A stretch of 64,000 bases of DNA, taken from assembly GCA_963769025.1 (NCBI GenBank), contig CAVYKI010000009.1:480001-544000 (forward strand), read 5' to 3'. Source of the DNA: an uncultured Verrucomicrobiae bacterium. Lineage in GTDB: Bacteria > Verrucomicrobiota > Verrucomicrobiia > Chthoniobacterales > Chthoniobacteraceae. Below are positions 44,291 through 53,930 of the stretch, in pieces (the first letter of the stretch is position 1; the number at the start of each line of letters is the position of its first letter). The position numbers and the translations under genes are program-made. The notes beneath the pieces are model-generated. The model was not told the origin of the DNA. It ran no database searches and saw nothing but the letters and a program-made list of their open reading frames with translations.

Positions 44291-44450
44291 GCGCTTCGAG
44301 ATCGGTTGATTTCGAGCGCCTCACGATGGCAGCGACCTGTCACCCGCCGACAAGTGGCAAGCAGTCCTGGACGAAACATCCGACCTTCGTCCGTGAACCC
44401 ATCCGCGTCAACCTGCCCGACGCGCGGCGGTTGTTTTCCACCGCCTCGGG

Positions 44451-46184
44451 CTACAGGTGCGCGAGCGCTCCCTGCACGGGCGCCGATGTGCGCATCGGCT
44501 GCATGGCGGCTTCGGCGGCGCGCTTGCGCTCGACCTCGGCCATGGGGTCCACATTGGAAAAACGCAGACGGGCGAGGGCGGCGAGCCAGTTCAGCGGGTC
44601 GCGCCACATGGAGACCTTTTTGCCCTCCTTGAAGGAACGCGAGCGGTAGTTCACGGGGATCTCGACGGGCGTGTAGCCTTTTTGCATGAGGCGGATGAGG
44701 AGCTCGTAGTCGAAGTCGAAGCGGTTGCACGTGAAGCGCAGGCCGTGGAGGCAGTCGCGGCGGAAGACCTTGAACATCGTGAACGGGTCGCGGAGGCGTT
44801 TCCAAAAGAGCACGTTGATGAGGGTGGTGAAGAACCAGTGGCCGACATTCAGGAACGTGCTGAGGCTGCGCTGGCCGGTGAACTGGCGCATCTTCCAGAG
44901 GTTGCGCCCGCCGTGGCGGGAGCCGAGGACGAAGGCGTGCCGCCCGCTGACGAGCGGCGCGACGAGGGATTCGTAGTCCTCGAGATCGTATTCCAGGTCG
45001 GCGTCCTGGATGAGCACGTAGGTGCCGGTCGCGGCGGCGAGCCCGGCGCGGACGGCATGGCCCTTCCCGCGCGGCTTTTCCTCGAAGATGAGCTTCACTC
45101 GTGGGTGCTCGGCGTATTGCCGGACGAGTTCGCGCGTGCCGTCGGTGGAGTTGCTTTCGACGACGATGATCTCAATGTCCATCCCGGCGATTTCCTTGGC
45201 GATGAGCGCGTCCATCATCGGGCGCAAAGTGGCGGCCTCATTGAACGCGGGGACGACGACGGAAAGGCGCGGCCGGACGGCGGCGGCCTTGCGGCAGAAG
45301 ACCATCATGCCGCTGGCGACGACGCGGCGGCCCTTTTTCTTCGTGGAAGAGGGAAGGAACTTGCCGAGAGCGCGGAGCGCGGGCGTGACCATCGGGACGG
45401 GGAACTTTTCAAAGTGCGCCTTCACGTAGTCGAAGCTGAGGATTTTCCACCCCGGCTGGACGAGCACGTTCTGGAAACCGGCCTTCAGCAGCGCGGTCTG
45501 GATGTTCTCCTTGTTGAAATAGGTGAGGTGCTCGGGCTTCCACTCCATCCAGCGTTCCTTCATCACGCGCGCACTCCATGAGTCGAGGCACGGCGTGGCG
45601 ATGAAGAGCGCGCCGCCGGGGCGGAGGACGCGGCGCACTTCGCGCAGGAAGGCGAGGGGATCGCGGACGTGCTCGATGACGTCGTTGAGCACGCATACGT
45701 CGAAATGGGATTCGGGCAGCTTCGCGTCGGCGAGTTCGCCCTGCTCGACGCGTCCGCGCTTCAGGCGGTCGTTGGCGGTCGCGCACGCGGCCTCGGAATA
45801 TTCCACGCCGAGCACCTCGTAGCCGGCGGACTCGGCCTCGGAGAGAAAGTCACCCTCGCCGCAGCCGACTTCGAGCAGGCGTCCGGAAGGGGTGCCGTTG
45901 TAGCGGGCGAGTTCGGCGAGATACTGGCGTGCGGTGGCGCGCTTGAGTTCCGCGGCATTGCGCCGGCCCTCCTCGGATCCGTGGCCGAGGAAATAGTCCT
46001 TCGTGTAAATTTGCGCGAGCTCCGCGTCGCTCGGCTGGGGATTGAGGAACATCAGGGCGCAGTCCTCGCAACGCATGACGCGATGCGACTGGTGCGAAAA
46101 GGAATACGAGAGCCGGTTGCTGCCGCAGATGGAGCACTCGCTGCGGAGAGCGGGGCGGGGAAGGGCTTTGTTGGGCGCGTGCAT
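44451..46184 (-). CDS. Fusion of a Zn-ribbon class I SAM methyltransferase (N-term) and a polyprenol-phosphate-type GT2 (C-term)
   Basis: CSICGS..CEDC, LLEVGCGEG, DVIEHV.DP; VVVPAFNE, GKG.AVRAG, IQDADLEY, VLGSR. Confidence 0.88.
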   Translation of the reverse strand: MHAPNKALPRPALRSECSICGSNRLSYSFSHQSHRVMRCEDCALMFLNPQPSDAELAQIYTKDYFLGHGSEEGRRNAAELKRATARQYLAELARYNGTPSGRLLEVGCGEGDFLSEAESAGYEVLGVEYSEAACATANDRLKRGRVEQGELADAKLPESHFDVCVLNDVIEHVRDPLAFLREVRRVLRPGGALFIATPCLDSWSARVMKERWMEWKPEHLTYFNKENIQTALLKAGFQNVLVQPGWKILSFDYVKAHFEKFPVPMVTPALRALGKFLPSSTKKKGRRVVASGMMVFCRKAAAVRPRLSVVVPAFNEAATLRPMMDALIAKEIAGMDIEIIVVESNSTDGTRELVRQYAEHPRVKLIFEEKPRGKGHAVRAGLAAATGTYVLIQDADLEYDLEDYESLVAPLVSGRHAFVLGSRHGGRNLWKMRQFTGQRSLSTFLNVGHWFFTTLINVLFWKRLRDPFTMFKVFRRDCLHGLRFTCNRFDFDYELLIRLMQKGYTPVEIPVNYRSRSFKEGKKVSMWRDPLNWLAALARLRFSNVDPMAEVERKRAAEAAMQPMRTSAPVQGALAHL

Positions 46185-46258
46185 GCGTTGGGTCCCTCCC
46201 ACCTGAGCAGCCACTGTACCATCACGCCCCGGCACACCGACTGCTAAGGAAGCCGCAG

Positions 46259-47482
46259 ATGCGTCCCAACCACCTTGTTTTCCTCGCGGCCTTCATCGCG
46301 CTCGCCGCGAAGCTCTGGATCGCGAGCACCACCCTCGGGACGACGGACGCGTTCCTTTTCGGCGTCTTTGGCCAGGTGATTGAGAAGCGCGGACTCGGCT
46401 ACGCCTACGAACATGTCCGCCTTTTCAACCACACGCCGCTCATCGGCGAGTGGGCGGCCTGGCTCTTTAGAGCCAGCGATGGAAAAGTGCAGGACTACGC
46501 GCTTTCCCTGCGGGTGCCGGGCATCGTCGCGGATTTCCTTTCGGTGCTCATCCTGCTGCGGCTCCGGCAAAAGACGGGACGTCCGCCGGTGTGGGCGCTC
46601 GTGCTTTTTGCCCTGAGCCCGGTGTCGCTGATGGTCTCCGGGTACCACGGAAATGTGGACCCGGTGCTCGCCGTGATGCTGCTCGTGGCGGCGTGGATGT
46701 GCGTGGAGGAAAAGCCGCTGCTGTGCGGGATCGCGCTCGGCCTTGCCTGCCAGGTGAAGGTCGCGCCGCTCCTCGTCGCGCCCGTCTTCGCGGCATACTG
46801 GTGGCCTCGGAAAAAATTCATCGTGTTTGGCGCCGCTGCGTCCCTGCTGACGCTGGCTGGCTGGGCGCCGGCGCTCCTCCTCGCGCCGGAGGCGTTTCTC
46901 AGGAATGTCCTCGGCTACTCGGGCTATTGGGGGATCTGGGGATGGAGCTATTGCCTTCGCGCCTCTGGGAACGGAATGTTCCAGACCGTCGGCATGATCG
47001 ACCTCCACTCCGCCCAGACGCTCGCGATGGCAGCGACGAAATACTTCATCATCGGCGCGGCCCTGTGGCTCTCGTGGCGTCGCCGGCGGGATGATGTATT
47101 CTTCACGCTCGCCGGCGTGTGGGCTGTGTTTTTTGTTTTCGCCGCAGGGATCGCGCCGCAGTACTTCGTCTGGTTGGCACCGTTCATCCTGATGACCTCG
47201 CCGCGCTGGTACGCCGCGCTCACGGCCGCGAGCGCGGTTTATCTGTTCGCATTCTACAATGTGATTTCGGGCGGGCTCCCATGGAGCCGCGGGATATCCC
47301 AGAACCATCACATCCCACTCTGGGGCCCGTGGAATCTGGTGCTGTGGCTCACCCTCATTGCATTCCTGAACTGGCTCGCCCCGCGGTTGCGGAAGACATC
47401 ACCGATTCCCGCGCCGGATGCATCCCGCGCAGCGGAAGCGTCGCCCCTGATCCCGGGCACCTCCGTGCAGGCAGCGCCCTGA
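46259..47482 (+). CDS. Multi-TM GT-C-fold glycosyltransferase (GT87/DUF2029-like)
   Basis: GTTD, FNHTP, L.P.....SG.HGN.D, K..P, PQY..W and about 10 TM segments. Confidence 0.65.
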   Translation: MRPNHLVFLAAFIALAAKLWIASTTLGTTDAFLFGVFGQVIEKRGLGYAYEHVRLFNHTPLIGEWAAWLFRASDGKVQDYALSLRVPGIVADFLSVLILLRLRQKTGRPPVWALVLFALSPVSLMVSGYHGNVDPVLAVMLLVAAWMCVEEKPLLCGIALGLACQVKVAPLLVAPVFAAYWWPRKKFIVFGAAASLLTLAGWAPALLLAPEAFLRNVLGYSGYWGIWGWSYCLRASGNGMFQTVGMIDLHSAQTLAMAATKYFIIGAALWLSWRRRRDDVFFTLAGVWAVFFVFAAGIAPQYFVWLAPFILMTSPRWYAALTAASAVYLFAFYNVISGGLPWSRGISQNHHIPLWGPWNLVLWLTLIAFLNWLAPRLRKTSPIPAPDASRAAEASPLIPGTSVQAAP

Positions 47483-47566
47483 CGCTTTTGCCAAAGCGAC
47501 CCGCCGAGTGCGCGGAGAGGGGAATTGCCGTGCATCGGGCGGCGTCGGGCAGGAAGATTGCTATGA

Positions 47567-48988
47567 GTGTCTGATAACAGCCCAACCATGCACGCCCACG
47601 CTCAGCCTAGCGCACCGGTGCCCGTCCTCACGTGGCGCACCTTCTGGATCCTTTTTGCCCTCATCGCCAGCGTCGGCGCGGCCGTCCGCATCAGCGATTC
47701 CGCCGCATTTCGCCGCACGGGGTTCGATGAAATCCTCTACCGGCGCTACGTGAACATGATGGACGGCGGCAAGCAGACCGTCGGCGTTTTCCAGCGAGAC
47801 CACTCGCTGAAGGGCTACGCAATGACACTGAATGGCACCGGCGCCGGGACGATGCCGGGCCTGGTGGATTTCTTCCTGCAGACGCAACGCCCCGAGGGAA
47901 CCGAGTGTGAACTGCCCCCGACGCGCTTCCTTTACATCTACACTTCGTGGCTGTGGAAAAGCGTGCAGTTCGGAGCCGAGCCGCCGCTTTCCATGGCGGA
48001 AATGCAGAAGCCCATCGTCGAGGACGATCGCTCGAAGGACGCCGATCATCGCGACCCGGCGCTCGCGTCACTGCACCGGGTGTCGTGCCTCTTCTCCGTG
48101 CTGCTGATGCTCGCGGGCGGCGTCTTCGCCATGCGGATGCTCGGCAAGGGCGCCGGTCTCGGCGTGCTCGCGCTCATGGCGTTTGATCCGCTGCAGATCC
48201 ACTTCAGCCAGCACGCGCTCATCGATGGGTTCTTCACCTTCTGGGCCGTGATGTGCATGTGGACGACGTGGGAGTGCCTGCGCAATCCGCGCAGCGTCCC
48301 GTGGCTGGTGGCACACACCGTTTGCCTCGCGCTGATGGTGATGACGAAGGAAAACGCCTTCTTCGTGTACTGCGCGCTCGCCGTCGTCGTGCTTTCGAAC
48401 CGCTGGATCCAGTTCGGCAGCGTCACTCGGCGCTTCCTCCTCGTCAGCATCGCGGGACCGCTGCTCGGCGTCGCCGTCCTCGTGCTGCTCTCCGGCGGAA
48501 TCGGGCCGTTCATCGAAGTGTACCAGACGCTCGTGGCAAAGGCGCAGGGCCTCGCTTATGCGCGGCTCACCGGAGACGGGCCGTGGCACCGTTACCTCAT
48601 CGACTTGCTCATCGTGAGTCCCATCGTCGTCTGCCTCGCTCTCGGCGCGCTTTTCGCGGTCGTGCCGCGGCGAAAGGAACTCGCGTTCTTCGCCGTCTTC
48701 GTCGCCGCGAGCTACCTCATCATGTGCAATGTCCGCTACGGCATGAATCTCCGCTACGCTTCCATCTGGGAACTCCCGCTGCGGGCCGCGGCATTCTGCA
48801 TGATCTGGCAAATGTGCGCGCGCTTCGGCCATCGCCAGTGGCTCGCAACCACCGTCGCCATCGTCGCGCTCTGCGGCTACGAGATCCGGCAGTACACGAT
48901 CCTCGCCACGAACCCCGCGCTCCCGCTCTACGAAACCGTGCCCGCCGACTTGCTGAGGCTGCAGAAGGTCATCAAGGCCGCGCCGTAG
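47567..48988 (+). CDS. Multi-TM GT-C-fold glycosyltransferase (GT39/GT83, ArnT/PMT-like)
   Basis: GFDE..Y after TM1, P.....SQ....DG, TKE, LRY motifs. Confidence 0.65.
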   Translation: MSDNSPTMHAHAQPSAPVPVLTWRTFWILFALIASVGAAVRISDSAAFRRTGFDEILYRRYVNMMDGGKQTVGVFQRDHSLKGYAMTLNGTGAGTMPGLVDFFLQTQRPEGTECELPPTRFLYIYTSWLWKSVQFGAEPPLSMAEMQKPIVEDDRSKDADHRDPALASLHRVSCLFSVLLMLAGGVFAMRMLGKGAGLGVLALMAFDPLQIHFSQHALIDGFFTFWAVMCMWTTWECLRNPRSVPWLVAHTVCLALMVMTKENAFFVYCALAVVVLSNRWIQFGSVTRRFLLVSIAGPLLGVAVLVLLSGGIGPFIEVYQTLVAKAQGLAYARLTGDGPWHRYLIDLLIVSPIVVCLALGALFAVVPRRKELAFFAVFVAASYLIMCNVRYGMNLRYASIWELPLRAAAFCMIWQMCARFGHRQWLATTVAIVALCGYEIRQYTILATNPALPLYETVPADLLRLQKVIKAAP

Positions 48989-49043
48989 GCGGGCTTTCTC
49001 AAACCCCGCGACGCAAAGCTAGACCAGAGCGGCGGTTCCGGTA

Positions 49044-50582
49044 ATGATGCCCCAAATGTCCGAGCCGACCACCGTGGCGCAGAAGCGCGTCCTCATTTTC
49101 ATCGTCGCCTACAACGCGGAGACGACCATCAGCAGTGTCCTTAACCGCATTCCGCCCTCGCTGCACCGCCCGGGAGTGGAGGTGCTCATCATCGATGATT
49201 CCTCAAAGGACAGCACCTTCGCCACCGGCCTGAAACACGAGAATCGCGAGGGCGATTTCCGCATCACCATCCTCCGCAACCCCGAGAACCAGCGTTACGG
49301 CGGCAACCAGAAACTCGGCTACCGCTACGCCATCGACAACGGCTTCGACATCGTCGCGCTCGTCCACGGCGACGGCCAGTATGCTCCGGAAAAGCTGCCC
49401 GACCTCATCGAGCCATTCCTCAAGGACGAGGCCGACGCCGTTTTCGGCTCCCGCATGATGCGCAAGCAGGACGCGCTCTCCGGCGGAATGCCGCTCTACA
49501 AATGGATCGGCAACCAGGTGCTCACGGCGTTCGAGAATTTCGTCCTCGGCACGAATCTCAGCGAATTTCACAGCGGCTACCGTCTCTACTCCGTCGCGGC
49601 GCTGAAGAAGCTGCCCTTCGAGCGCAACGCAAACGACTTTCACTTCGACACCGACATCATCATCCAGCTCCACTTTGCCGGGATGCGCATCGTCGAACTG
49701 CCGATCCCCACTTTCTACGGCGACGAGATCTGCCGCGTGAATGGCGTGAAGTACGCGCTCGACTGCTGCCGGGCTGTCGTCCGCGCAAAGCTGCACAGCA
49801 AGAATCTGCTCTACGATCGCAAGTTTGACGTCGGCCCCGTCGAGGAGACCTACGACCTGAAGCTCGGTTACGACAGCAGTCACGAGCGCGCAATTCAGTC
49901 CGTCCGGCCCGGCGCGCGGTTGCTGGACATCGGCTGCGGTCGCGGCTACGTCGCCGAACTCATGGCGGAAAAGGCCTCCCACGTCACCGGTCTCGACCAG
50001 TATTCGCCCGAGAAGGGCGGGAAGCCGAACGTGGATTACCGCAAGTGGGACATCGAAGCTGAGCCCGTCCCGGTGGATGTCTCCGACTACGATCAGGTCT
50101 TCATGCTCGACATCATAGAGCACCTGAAGGACCCGGAGGCATTCATGGAAATGCTCCGCGCAAAGGCCATCCACAAGCGCCCCGAGATCATCCTCACCAC
50201 CGCGAACATCGCCTTTCTCGTCACGCGCCTCATGCTGCTGTTCGGGCAGTTCAACTACGGCCGGAAGGGCATTCTCGACCGCACGCACACGCGTCTTTTC
50301 ACATGGCAGTCGCTCCGCGAACTCTTCGAGCAGACCGGCTACCACGTCCTCGAAATCCGCGGCATCCCGGCGCCATTCCCAAAAGTCGTCGGCAACGGCG
50401 TCCTCGGGAAGGTCATCATGGCGATCAACGGATTCTTCGTCCGGCTCTGGGGCTTCCGCAGCCTGTTCAGCTACCAGATCTACGTCCGCGCCAAGGCCCA
50501 TCCCACGGTGCCAAACCTCCTCGATCAGACCATTTCATCGAGCGAAAAACTGCGCGAGGAGATCAAGCTGCAGGCTGTGTAG
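49044..50582 (+). CDS. Fusion of a polyprenol-phosphate-type GT2 (N-term) and a class I SAM methyltransferase (C-term)
   Basis: IVAYNAE, IDDSS.D, N..YGGNQK.GY, HGDGQY, GSRM, EFHSGYR; LLDIGCG.G, DIIEHL.DP, GILD.TH.R.FT. Confidence 0.9.
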   Translation: MMPQMSEPTTVAQKRVLIFIVAYNAETTISSVLNRIPPSLHRPGVEVLIIDDSSKDSTFATGLKHENREGDFRITILRNPENQRYGGNQKLGYRYAIDNGFDIVALVHGDGQYAPEKLPDLIEPFLKDEADAVFGSRMMRKQDALSGGMPLYKWIGNQVLTAFENFVLGTNLSEFHSGYRLYSVAALKKLPFERNANDFHFDTDIIIQLHFAGMRIVELPIPTFYGDEICRVNGVKYALDCCRAVVRAKLHSKNLLYDRKFDVGPVEETYDLKLGYDSSHERAIQSVRPGARLLDIGCGRGYVAELMAEKASHVTGLDQYSPEKGGKPNVDYRKWDIEAEPVPVDVSDYDQVFMLDIIEHLKDPEAFMEMLRAKAIHKRPEIILTTANIAFLVTRLMLLFGQFNYGRKGILDRTHTRLFTWQSLRELFEQTGYHVLEIRGIPAPFPKVVGNGVLGKVIMAINGFFVRLWGFRSLFSYQIYVRAKAHPTVPNLLDQTISSSEKLREEIKLQAV

Positions 50583-50659
50583 CGGGCACCGCGCGGCAGT
50601 CGCTCGACTCTTCTGCAAAACGTCGCCGGAAGTTTCCGCGCAGCAATTGCGTCATGCGC

Positions 50660-51043
50660 CTAAGCCTGGTCCGGGAGCCAGTCGTGACCGAACATCCCGA
50701 GCATGAAAAAATACGCCAGGACTGCCGCGAACGCAGTTCCGAGCAGCCAGAGGGCGAACCGGTATCGCCGCCACGGTTCGCGGAAATCGGAAAACTGCAC
50801 GAGCGCCTCGACGAGATAGGCGGCGCAGTAGGCGACGTTTGCGAGCACGGCCAGCATGAATGCATGGAGCGCCAAATCGAGGTTCAGTGCTTTTGCCGAA
50901 GCGGGCCATCGGCGTGCAAACTCCAGCAGCACCACCGCAGCGAGCACGAGGTTGTAAAAAAGCCGCCGCCATTCCCAGAATCTCAGCGCGTCGGAGAGGA
51001 TTTCGCGGATGCCGGGTTTGCTGCTCGTCGTAATTTCGCTCAT
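50660..51043 (-). CDS. Small hypothetical membrane protein (3 TM)
   Basis: FWE.RR..YN.VL and ANV.Y..AY motifs; start overlaps the stop of the upstream NHL gene. Confidence 0.65.
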   Translation of the reverse strand: MSEITTSSKPGIREILSDALRFWEWRRLFYNLVLAAVVLLEFARRWPASAKALNLDLALHAFMLAVLANVAYCAAYLVEALVQFSDFREPWRRYRFALWLLGTAFAAVLAYFFMLGMFGHDWLPDQA

Positions 51044-52116
51044 GGGACGATGCGCAGCACGCGGTTGTTGTAGCTGTCGGTGATGTAGAGCATGCCGTCC
51101 GGAGCGATGGTCACGCCGTGGGGGCGTGCGAGTTCGCAGGCGAGCGGATCGCCGCCGAGACCCGAGTCGCCCTTTTTTCCCGTGCCCGCGACGCGTGTGA
51201 TGGTGCCGTCCTTCGGATTGAAGCGGCGGATGGTATGCGTCTCCGCATCGGCGATGATGACCGTCCCGTCCCGATCGAGGCAAAGGTGCTTCGGCCCGTT
51301 CATCGTCGCTTCCAATGCCGGGCCACCATCGCCGGAGAGCCCCGCCTTTCCAGTGCCAGCGACGGTGCGGATTGTTCCGGCGGCGTCCACGAAGCGCAGC
51401 GCATGTCCTCCGCGTTCGAGGATGTAAAAGGCCCCGTCGTCGGTGGCAACGACCGCACGCGGATCGATGAGCGGCGCGGTTTTCGCCGCGGTTCCATCCT
51501 CGGGTTTGCCGGCCTTGCCATTGCCCGCGACGGTCTCAACGATGCCCGTGGCGACCTCGATCCGGCGGATGCGCTTGTTGTCGATGTCAGCCAGGTAGAG
51601 GTGCTTCGCCGCGGGATCGAGCGCGATTTGGATGATGCTTCCGAAGTCCGCTTTCGCTGCAGGCCCGCCATCACCACTGAATCCCTTTTTTCCGGTCCCG
51701 GCAAAAGTAGTGATGATTCCAGTCCGCGCATTAATCCGCCGCACGCGAAAGTTCCACGTGTCAGAGAGGTAAATATCGCCATTCGGTGCCACCGCGATAT
51801 TGTGGACTCCGTTGAATTGCGCCTGTCGCGCGTCGCCGCCGTCGCCGGAAAATCCTTTCGCGCCCGTCCCGCCGATCACTTTCATCACACCCGCCTTGTC
51901 CACGCGGAGAAGGCGGTTGCCGGACACCATTTCGACGATCGCGAGCGTCCCATCCGGCAGAAACTCCGTGCCGAACGGTTCGCGCAGCACGCACTCCTTC
52001 GCTGGCGCGTTCGATTCCCGGATGCCGCCGCCCGCGACCAGTTCGATTTTCGCTGCGAAGGCGGTGACACCGAGAGTGAGAAGAGCGGCGAGGGCGGGGA
52101 GAAGGCGTGTGCGCAT
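51040..52116 (-). CDS. Secreted NHL-repeat beta-propeller protein
   Basis: Repeated AGTG..GFSGDGG.A..A.F/M and YI.D..N.R.R motifs. Confidence 0.9.
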   Translation of the reverse strand: MRTRLLPALAALLTLGVTAFAAKIELVAGGGIRESNAPAKECVLREPFGTEFLPDGTLAIVEMVSGNRLLRVDKAGVMKVIGGTGAKGFSGDGGDARQAQFNGVHNIAVAPNGDIYLSDTWNFRVRRINARTGIITTFAGTGKKGFSGDGGPAAKADFGSIIQIALDPAAKHLYLADIDNKRIRRIEVATGIVETVAGNGKAGKPEDGTAAKTAPLIDPRAVVATDDGAFYILERGGHALRFVDAAGTIRTVAGTGKAGLSGDGGPALEATMNGPKHLCLDRDGTVIIADAETHTIRRFNPKDGTITRVAGTGKKGDSGLGGDPLACELARPHGVTIAPDGMLYITDSYNNRVLRIVP

Positions 52117-52285
52117 GGCGGGAGCAAAGCAGGGGGGAAGGGCGGGAGTCAGTCGGAAATTTTGGCGAAGCCGCCGCGCATCGTCGTAGCCGCCGACGGA
52201 AGGAGGCGGGCTGATCCGCTTTTCCGTTCAAGATTTGCCGGGCCGCGTTGAAGAGTGCCCGCCTCCTGCCGTCGTCGGCTACGGA

Positions 52286-53450
52286 TCAATCCCCGAAACG
52301 CTTCCGCAGCCGTGCGAGCTGCGCGGCCAAGTTTCCGGATCCGTTCGTCGCCTCCGCCGGTGCAGGTGCGCCGTCCGGCTTGATGATGCCTTTCCTCGCA
52401 CCTCCCGAACCGCCGTAGCTCGTCGCCGCCGACGTGAGCTGCATGTCGTCCGCGAGCGAGCGGTGCGGCGTGACTCCGAGCGATTGCAGCACGCCGTGGT
52501 AAGCCTTCACCGCCTCCTCCGGCGTGATCGCGCCTTCCACGATGCGGCGCAGGAATTCGATGAACGCCAGCGGGTTTTCCGCGTTGTTGATCTTGCGTCC
52601 GTAGAGCGCCACGCGCGCGCCGTGCTTCTGCGCATCGGCGATGAGCTTGAACGCATCGTAGGTCGTCCCCGCGCTGCCGCCGAGGATGCCGACGATGAGC
52701 TGCGGGTCGTAGGCGACGAGTTCCTCCATCGCCTTCGGCCCGCGCCACGCGATTTTCAAAAAGAGCGGGCGTCCCTTTCGCCGTCACGCCGGCGAGGCTG
52801 CGGATGATGTGGTCGTTGATGAACCCGTCGAGCTTCTCCGGCGGCAGGCCCGTGTCCACATTCGGGTCGAAGACCTCGAGGAAGTAGCGGAAGTTCTTCC
52901 GCTCCGCCTCCTCGCGGAATTCCTTGAATGCGCGCAGCGTCTCGTAGTCGCGCTCGAAGTTGTTCGTGAACGTCACCGAGTAAAGCCCGAGGTCCGCGCC
53001 GATGACCGGCGCATCGGGAGCGCAGTCCACCGTGCCGCACTTGATGTGATCCAGCGTCGCGCTGCGGAACGGCCGCGATGGTTGCTGGATGTAGCTCGCG
53101 CCGCGGATCACCCAGATGTCCGTCGCGTCGTTCGCGCGCGCCGCCGGCGTGATGTGCGAATCCTCAAACATCCGCTCGCGCATCGCGAGCTGCTCCACGT
53201 TCGACGCCGACATGAGCATGATGTCCACGAGCCCCTGGCGCACGACGCTGCGGATCTGCTCGCGGTATTCCTCCAGCGTCTTCCAGTGCATCTCCGACTT
53301 CAGCACGCGCTCCGGATTTTGCGGCCTCTTCTGCCCCGGCGCCGTGATGCCAAACGCCATGTCCGCATCCTTCGCATCCGCGATGATGAACGCCTTGCTC
53401 CCGGAGGGATTCTTGCGGATGTCGGCAATCTTTGCGTCGAGGGACTTCAT
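52286..53450 (-). CDS. Uncharacterised class I aldolase-like TIM-barrel protein (frameshift near 52760)
   Basis: ADAKD.DM, DIMLMSAS, RAND.TD.W, FLEVF.PN, FLKI, GILGG..G, GAR.ALYGRKI. Confidence 0.6.
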
Positions 53451-53486
53451 GGAGCGGGGGACAATAGACGTGTCACGTCCTGCGAA

Positions 53487-53927
53487 TCAATCGCGGTGGT
53501 AGGGCGTGCCGGCGTTGATGCAGCGGGCGCGGTAGAGCTGTTCGAGAAGGACGACGAGCGCGAGTTCGTGCTGGAGGGTGAGGGGGCTGAGCGACCAGCA
53601 CCAGTCGGCGGCGCGGCGGAGTTCGTCGCTGTGGCCGTCGGCTCCACCGATGAGGAAGGCGACGGACTTGGTGCGGTGGAGTTCCCAGTCGGAAAGTTTG
53701 CGGGCGAGTTCGCGGGAGGTGACTTGCTTGCCGTGCTCGTCGAGGATGACGCGGAGCATTCCTTCGCTGCGGGCGAGCAGGGCTTTGCTTTCCTCGTCGC
53801 GCGTGGAGGCGCGCAGGGATTCGAGTTCGACGCCATTCTTCGCGGGGAAGCGCGCGAGGTATTCGGCGACGCCGGCCTTTGCGAATGCGAGGCGCGGCTT
53901 GCCGATGGCGAGGACGTGCAGGCGCAT
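53487..53927 (-). CDS. rlmH: 23S rRNA (pseudouridine1915-N3)-methyltransferase
   Basis: IGK, LDE.G....S..LA, FLIGGADG, SLS.LT..H......LLEQLYRA..I..G.PYHR. Confidence 0.95.
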   Translation of the reverse strand: MRLHVLAIGKPRLAFAKAGVAEYLARFPAKNGVELESLRASTRDEESKALLARSEGMLRVILDEHGKQVTSRELARKLSDWELHRTKSVAFLIGGADGHSDELRRAADWCWSLSPLTLQHELALVVLLEQLYRARCINAGTPYHRD

Positions 53928-53930
53928 TGC

